Assembly (NCBI GenBank): GCA_964035545.1
Contig: OZ037765.1
Span: 4,970,698 to 5,034,697 of the forward strand
Reading direction: 5' to 3'
Source of the DNA: Bugula neritina
Taxonomy: Eukaryota; Animalia; Bryozoa
DNA: 64,000 bases
Position numbers and translations under genes: made by a program. Positions 49,887 to 64,000 of the stretch are shown piece by piece (the first letter of the stretch is position 1; each line of letters starts with the position of its first letter). The notes under the pieces were generated by a model. That model was not told the origin of the DNA and did no database searches. It saw only the letters and a list, made by a program, of their open reading frames with translations.

Positions 49887-51539
49887 TTGAAGTTGTCTGT
49901 ACTTGTCAGGGTCATAGCTGTACAGGAGCAGCTTACTACTTGTTTCCTTCTCGTTCTCTTTTAAATTTGAATCCAGATGATGAAAATATTGATCTTTCCG
50001 CAATGTCAACAGAGCAGTCTGAAAATGAAGACGATTTACAAACCTGAATATGTGCATTAAACTGCCTACCAGATTTCTTTAAACATTTGTAAGTGCAGTC
50101 GTCATAATTAGTGATAAGCCTTGGCTCTATACAACAACATAACTTTCAAACTATAACAAACTCAATGTATGAGCATCTAGATTCTAGAAGTTGGGCTTAT
50201 CAAGAGAACACAACTTTGGTATTCACACAAAAGAGTTTTTAGCATTGGCTTCAATATCACTGTCTAGGAATGTTTCGACTGTACCAGATACTTAATAACG
50301 AGTTACTAACCTCCGCTCTGAAAGCTCTAGATTTGTAATAAAACACATCATGGGGCTCATGATCAGTCTGAGTCACAGAATCAACTCGAGTTTCTGCCAT
50401 TTATTGCCGACACTAAAGTAATTCCACACTTTGATAACACCAGCAGGGCAAGTAGCAAGTCACTGATCAACTACAGAAAATTTTCAACTATAATTGGCTA
50501 AATTTCACATTTCATTCTAGAACAAAACCCAGAGCTTGTGTACAGTGATATTTCTCCAGTGTGACTTTTAGAAAAGAACCTTCTGGAATTCAAAAAAGTT
50601 ATTTTCTGTCATGCATTTGATAAACCGTATTCATTGGAAAATAAAGACTTGAAGTTGATACAGCTAGTGCTATTTACTTTTATACAGCGGGAACAAATAG
50701 CAGAATTCAATCAACAAGATAATAATAAATAATAATAGTAAATATAACAGCAATAGACAAACTTACATTCACAGCAGTAAAGAAACTATCATCTATTTCA
50801 TGGTGTTACGCAGTCAAACTCAATGAGTAGTCACACAGCCTTAGGGCATGGACATACTTATTCAATTTGATATGACAATAGCTCAAACTGAAACTTGGAT
50901 TACAATATAACTACTATGATATAAGCATTATCAATATAATAACCAAAACATTACAGCAGTCAAAATAAGAACAGAAGTTGTTCATTTTTGAAATTATTGC
51001 TTACATTAACCTATATTTAATTTTACACTCAGTACTCACCCATAACGGTGACCATAAGCATGTCTTTCACTGTGGTAGTGTACCAGTACCACAAGTGGCT
51101 AAAAGTAATATACTACTTTACTATAACTAGGTCTAAACCTCAGAGAGCATAAATGTAACTACTACTAATACTATAGTAAATATTCTATTAGTATAAGCAT
51201 AAAACTAAGTATCACACATTTAATTTTACACTTACAGTATCTAATAACAAATAATTACATTTACAGTTTACTACAAACTACTAGATCTATATTAATTATT
51301 TAATATACTGAAACTCAAACTTAGTCTTATAGTTATACTTAACAAGTTAACTTACTCTTAATCTTATACTTGGATTATAGTTTAACTTTAAGTTATCATT
51401 ATGATTATGATTATGGTAATCAGTATCACTATGACTATCAGTACCAGTATGACTATGAGTATTACCTAGTCCTATGGCTATACTTATAGCTACAGTAACT
51501 GTAAGACTAATTGTAATACCAATAGTATTAATAATACTT

Positions 51540-51860
51540 ATACTAATAGTAATAGTAATACTCACTAATAGTTACTAAGAGTATTGAGTAATAGTAACAG
51601 ACTAATACTAATACAGTAATACTATTAGTATTACTATTAGTATTAGACTTAGTATTACTATTAGTATTACTATTACTATTAGTCTTGTTAATACTAATAC
51701 TTAATTATAAACTTAATACTAATAGGCCTAGTAATACTAATACTAATAGTAATAGTAATACTAATAGTAATAGTAAGTCTAATACTTAATAGTAATAGAC
51801 CAATAGACTACTACTACTACTAGTACTACTACTAGTACTAGTAATAGTAGTAATAATAAT
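51540..51860. repeat. AT-rich (TAA/TAC/TAG) low-complexity tract
   Basis: tactaatagtaatagtaatact... runs. Confidence 0.8.
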
Positions 51861-54122
51861 ATATTCATATTGTACGAGCTTGTTATTTTTCCAAACGTAA
51901 AATTAAAACAAAGTCAAGTAGCATAATTTTTCAACTTGAATATTACTAAAAAAATAGCAAATTTAGATGTGACAAAAAATAAATATCACTTCAGCTTTAT
52001 CTCAACATTTGTCAAGTCTACACATGTAAGGATTTCACAATGACAATGAGACAACAGGATCGTTGATTCGAGCATGGTGTAATCTTATTGGTCACACAAA
52101 TAGTCTTAGATACTGTTGTGATACAAAGATGTCTGTTAGCGTACTGAAGCATACAATATGATAGATAAAGCTAAGGGAGATAACTATGACTTATAGAGTA
52201 GGAAGTATAGCATTCTTGGACTAAGGCTAGCCTATAAAAGGTCAACTCGCTTAGAAAAATAGTTAGAGTTGCAAAGTTACATTATTGACCTATTTAATGT
52301 AACTACTATGCATCATCGAATATATGTATATAGGGTAAATAGGGGTTTCTCACTTTGTCCTTGTTGAACCTTGTTTCAAGTCGAGCAAAGCGAATTGAAA
52401 AACTTTAATCTAAGTGTAAAATCACTAAACTGAAAGAAGCATCTTCATCTTGCGAAAATCTGCACTTTTTGCTACTTGGATTATTTTTAGCTGTTTCACT
52501 TTGTAATAATATTAGCAAGTGTCAAATGAGTATAATGTTCTATAGCAACTGTAATAAATATCATTTTAATATCAGGCTACTTTTAGTTTTACTTTTGGTT
52601 TAAGTTTTACATTTTGATTTAGTGATTTACTGTTTAGTATTTACTTGTAGTTATATTCAGAGTCACATTGAAAGTTGTTCATGGTGACATTGACACTGAG
52701 TCTGACAGTTGACAATGACAATGACATTCGGTTTCCCCGTTGACGTTGACATTGTGATTGAGTTTGACGTTGTACATCAACTTCAACTTGTAGTTCAACT
52801 ACTACTTGTACTTGCAGTGATTTTATTTTAAGTTTAAACAGGAAAAATAAAATTCAAATTTATGTAGAACTAAAACTAAAAGTAAAAGTAAATACTGAAG
52901 CTTAAAAGCAAAAACTAAGTAGTATTAGTTGAATAATACTACTTCATACTTGAATAAAATCAATGAAATTATTATTATCTTAAAGTTAATTTTTATCTTA
53001 TAAATATATTCATATTCATTATTTTCATATTGCTAATATTTATCATTATGTTATAACAAATATGTATTACTATTAGTTATTACCTATTTGAGTATTAGTA
53101 TTACTATTAAATTTACTATTAACTTTAAGTTTAGTGTATAATAATTTTATTAATTTTAAGAATGTCAATCACTTGAGTCAATGTGAATGTCATAATTTTG
53201 GTTTGATAATTATAATTGTATTTTATAATTCTTATATTTTTCATGACAATGGATTTACCACATTGTTGTTTATATTCTTGTCATTTTTCATCTTAATTTG
53301 ATATTATAGAGGATTAATATTAATATAAGTATAGTGTAGTATAAGTATAACCATATTTTTAATTGTGACATTGATAATTTCATCAGCTAGTAGCAATAGT
53401 GGTAATTATGATGGTAATGAGTATATTGATATAAATTTATATATATTCTAGGTTAACTATCAGCAATGTAAAGTTAGCTCATGTTGAAATTATAGTTCAC
53501 CAGTTTGCTTACTTGTAAGGTGCCAAGTATTTTTCAATTTTAAACCAGCATCTACACACAGCTGCACAAGGTTCCAAAGCAGTCCCTGTTTAGTTCTAAT
53601 TTGATATTTTATCATATATGTTTCATCCAAATTATTGGTATAATTTTTATCACTTTGCTTGAAAACATTAGCTGAATTACTCTGCACCTTTTGTTAAACA
53701 GATTTATTTTAGTGCCTGAATTTTAACGTATCTTTCTCATCAAGTAAAGATAAGTTACTATTGTAATATATCATTGCCTAAAGCTCTTATGTAATTAGAA
53801 TCAACTAAGCTTGTCATAGGTACTACTTTACCCATACAAAAAGTAGGAGTTACTATTCTAAAGTTGGAAATGGTCATAGAAACACTCTACATTGTTTTAT
53901 GTCACTCTGAATGAGCTGTTACTTGTAATTTTCATTCTAAACAGAGCATTGCTAGTTCAATGAACTGACTAATTTCTAAGATCAAGTACCCCTGTATATG
54001 GCACTACCCACTGGTAGAAAGCAATACATGGATAATATCAGTGTATATTATACAGGCCAAGTCTGCACATTTACACAGCCACTAATCTGTTGATGAAGCG
54101 TATATAATTGAGACCAAAGACC

Positions 54123-62416
<8,294 letters not shown>

Positions 62417-64000
62417 GTAGGTGCCCATAACTCCTAGTTTTAGTGACTCACTGAGTTATCCCCCTCCCTAAAGACGGTTTCTATGGGTCATTGTAACTCT
62501 ATTGCTGTTATTTAAAATATCTTCAGCCACCTACAACTTTTTCATATCATTAGAAAGCTGAGGATTTTAACTAAAACTGTAAAAATAAGCAAAAATAAAC
62601 GGCACGTATAATTTAATGATGTGTAATGTATTCATGGGATGCTTTCCTTTTTAAGAAATTTATTTTTCTGATGTACATGTCTTTATAAATTCAGTACTAC
62701 TCTAATAGTTTAAAGAAATCTTAGTAAGTCTCCAGCCTTCTAACTGCGTAGTAAGTATTGTTTTAACAACATGTACTTTTGAAATAGTTGTTGATAATAA
62801 TTATTGTTCATATTAAATAAATTCCTGTAAACTATCAGATGTATGATAAGGGATGCCTTGGGCAATAGTATTTATAATGAGTCATGCCTTCGTCTCACTG
62901 AGATCGTATCTGTACTCACAATTAACTCTGATACGCTAGTAATTTGTAAAAAGAAGGATGCAGGCATTAGTTAAAGCAGCATGTAATGGCAAACCTTGTA
63001 ATTCATTAGTCCCTTTATACCTACTCCTTAACATTAACTTGTTCTTATTATTTCATTGTTTGTAGAGATGTGCTCCCTTAATAGTAGGTGTTTATGGGTT
63101 TACAATTATATATTTAGCATACTGTATGCTTTGTTTGTGTGTTTGAGTACTCTACAGTGATGTGCTGCATTGTATTTTATAACCAGGAATGGGTTAGGCT
63201 GGTCAGAGAGAAGAGGGCTGCTGCAGTATGTGCATATAGTAGGCTGTGTGGGCAATCTGCCAAATTTCACGCTGATTTTAACAAATTGAAATGTTTGTCA
63301 ATCAAGCTGTTCAAAATTACGAAAAGTATCTAAAAATTTAGTTAAACCATTCTGGATGCTGAATTGACAGCAAACTGAGGCTTTGGAATTTTGTTTCATT
63401 TCTTTGTGTATGAGAAAAATCTGCTCTGTTACGATTCTTAGAACTAAATTATTTTGAAAGATATGGTATTTCTGCAGGCCAAAAGTAAATTACTGAATTT
63501 GAGACGAAAAGTAATAAAATATTTCCGAATTTAATTGGAAAATAACTCATATTTGGCCAGTATTTTTGTATAAAGCTATTTTGAACAGATACACGCAGCA
63601 TAGTAAGCTGTAAAAGTCTAAGAAACTAGAACGGCACATTTCAAATCTAAACAAAGAACCCAAAGTTAGCACAAAATGCACATCTCTGTACTTAATAATA
63701 CTAATTTTGAGTTAATATCTCTCAAATACTTTGCTTATAGTACTAACTCACAATTTTTTCATATATCAATAATTGAGTTTTCTACTAGTATAAGCATAAT
63801 TGCCTAATCTTCTAAATGAATGCCAGTGGTATTCAAATTGATAACTCAAATAGCTGATTTGCTCTTTGTGTGATTGCTGATGCTACAATGTAGAATATAT
63901 TCTGAAGCTGATTTTGCAATAGCTGCTAATGAGTTGTGTTTTTCTCTGATTCTTTCAAGGAGTGGGTGAGATTAGTAAGGAAACGTGAAGCAGTAAGTTG

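Noticed and set aside
49917-50069. 19-nt and 26-nt GT-AG micro-introns that would extend the RING/CCCH gene 5' end in frame
   Set aside because: Far shorter than any other intron seen here and probably chance; the 5' end is left unresolved pending cDNA

Overview
AT-rich, intron-containing animal (invertebrate-like) genomic DNA; no rRNA, true tRNA gene or CRISPR array was seen. I assembled seven spliced genes by hand from GT/AG junctions and reading phase: the 3' part of a Rab22/Rab31 GTPase (+), a PTC7/PPTC7 phosphatase (+), RAD9 (-), VPS29 (+), a receptor guanylyl cyclase with an atypical short Cys-rich ectodomain (-), a TTC3/DZIP3-like RING-H2 protein carrying tandem CCCH fingers (-), and the 5' part of an EPLIN/LIMD2/XIRP-type LIM protein (+). 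The standout element is a very young 6.03-kb Ty3/gypsy-type LTR element (3738-9768) with apparently identical 352-bp LTRs, a GTAT TSD, a tRNA-Leu PBS and a PPT. It keeps Gag, a -1 frameshift signal, protease and the integrase Zn-binding domain in one open frame, but lacks RT/RNase H and the integrase core. In the env position it carries a spliced non-env gene encoding a zinc-finger plus coiled-coil protein. PPTC7-RAD9-VPS29 matches the order and orientation I recall for human PPTC7-RAD9B-VPS29. Introns hold several MITEs (Tc1/mariner-, PIF/Harbinger- and Kolobok-like ends), tRNA-derived SINE copies and minisatellites, some overlapping splice sites. All family assignments come from motif recognition, not database searches.
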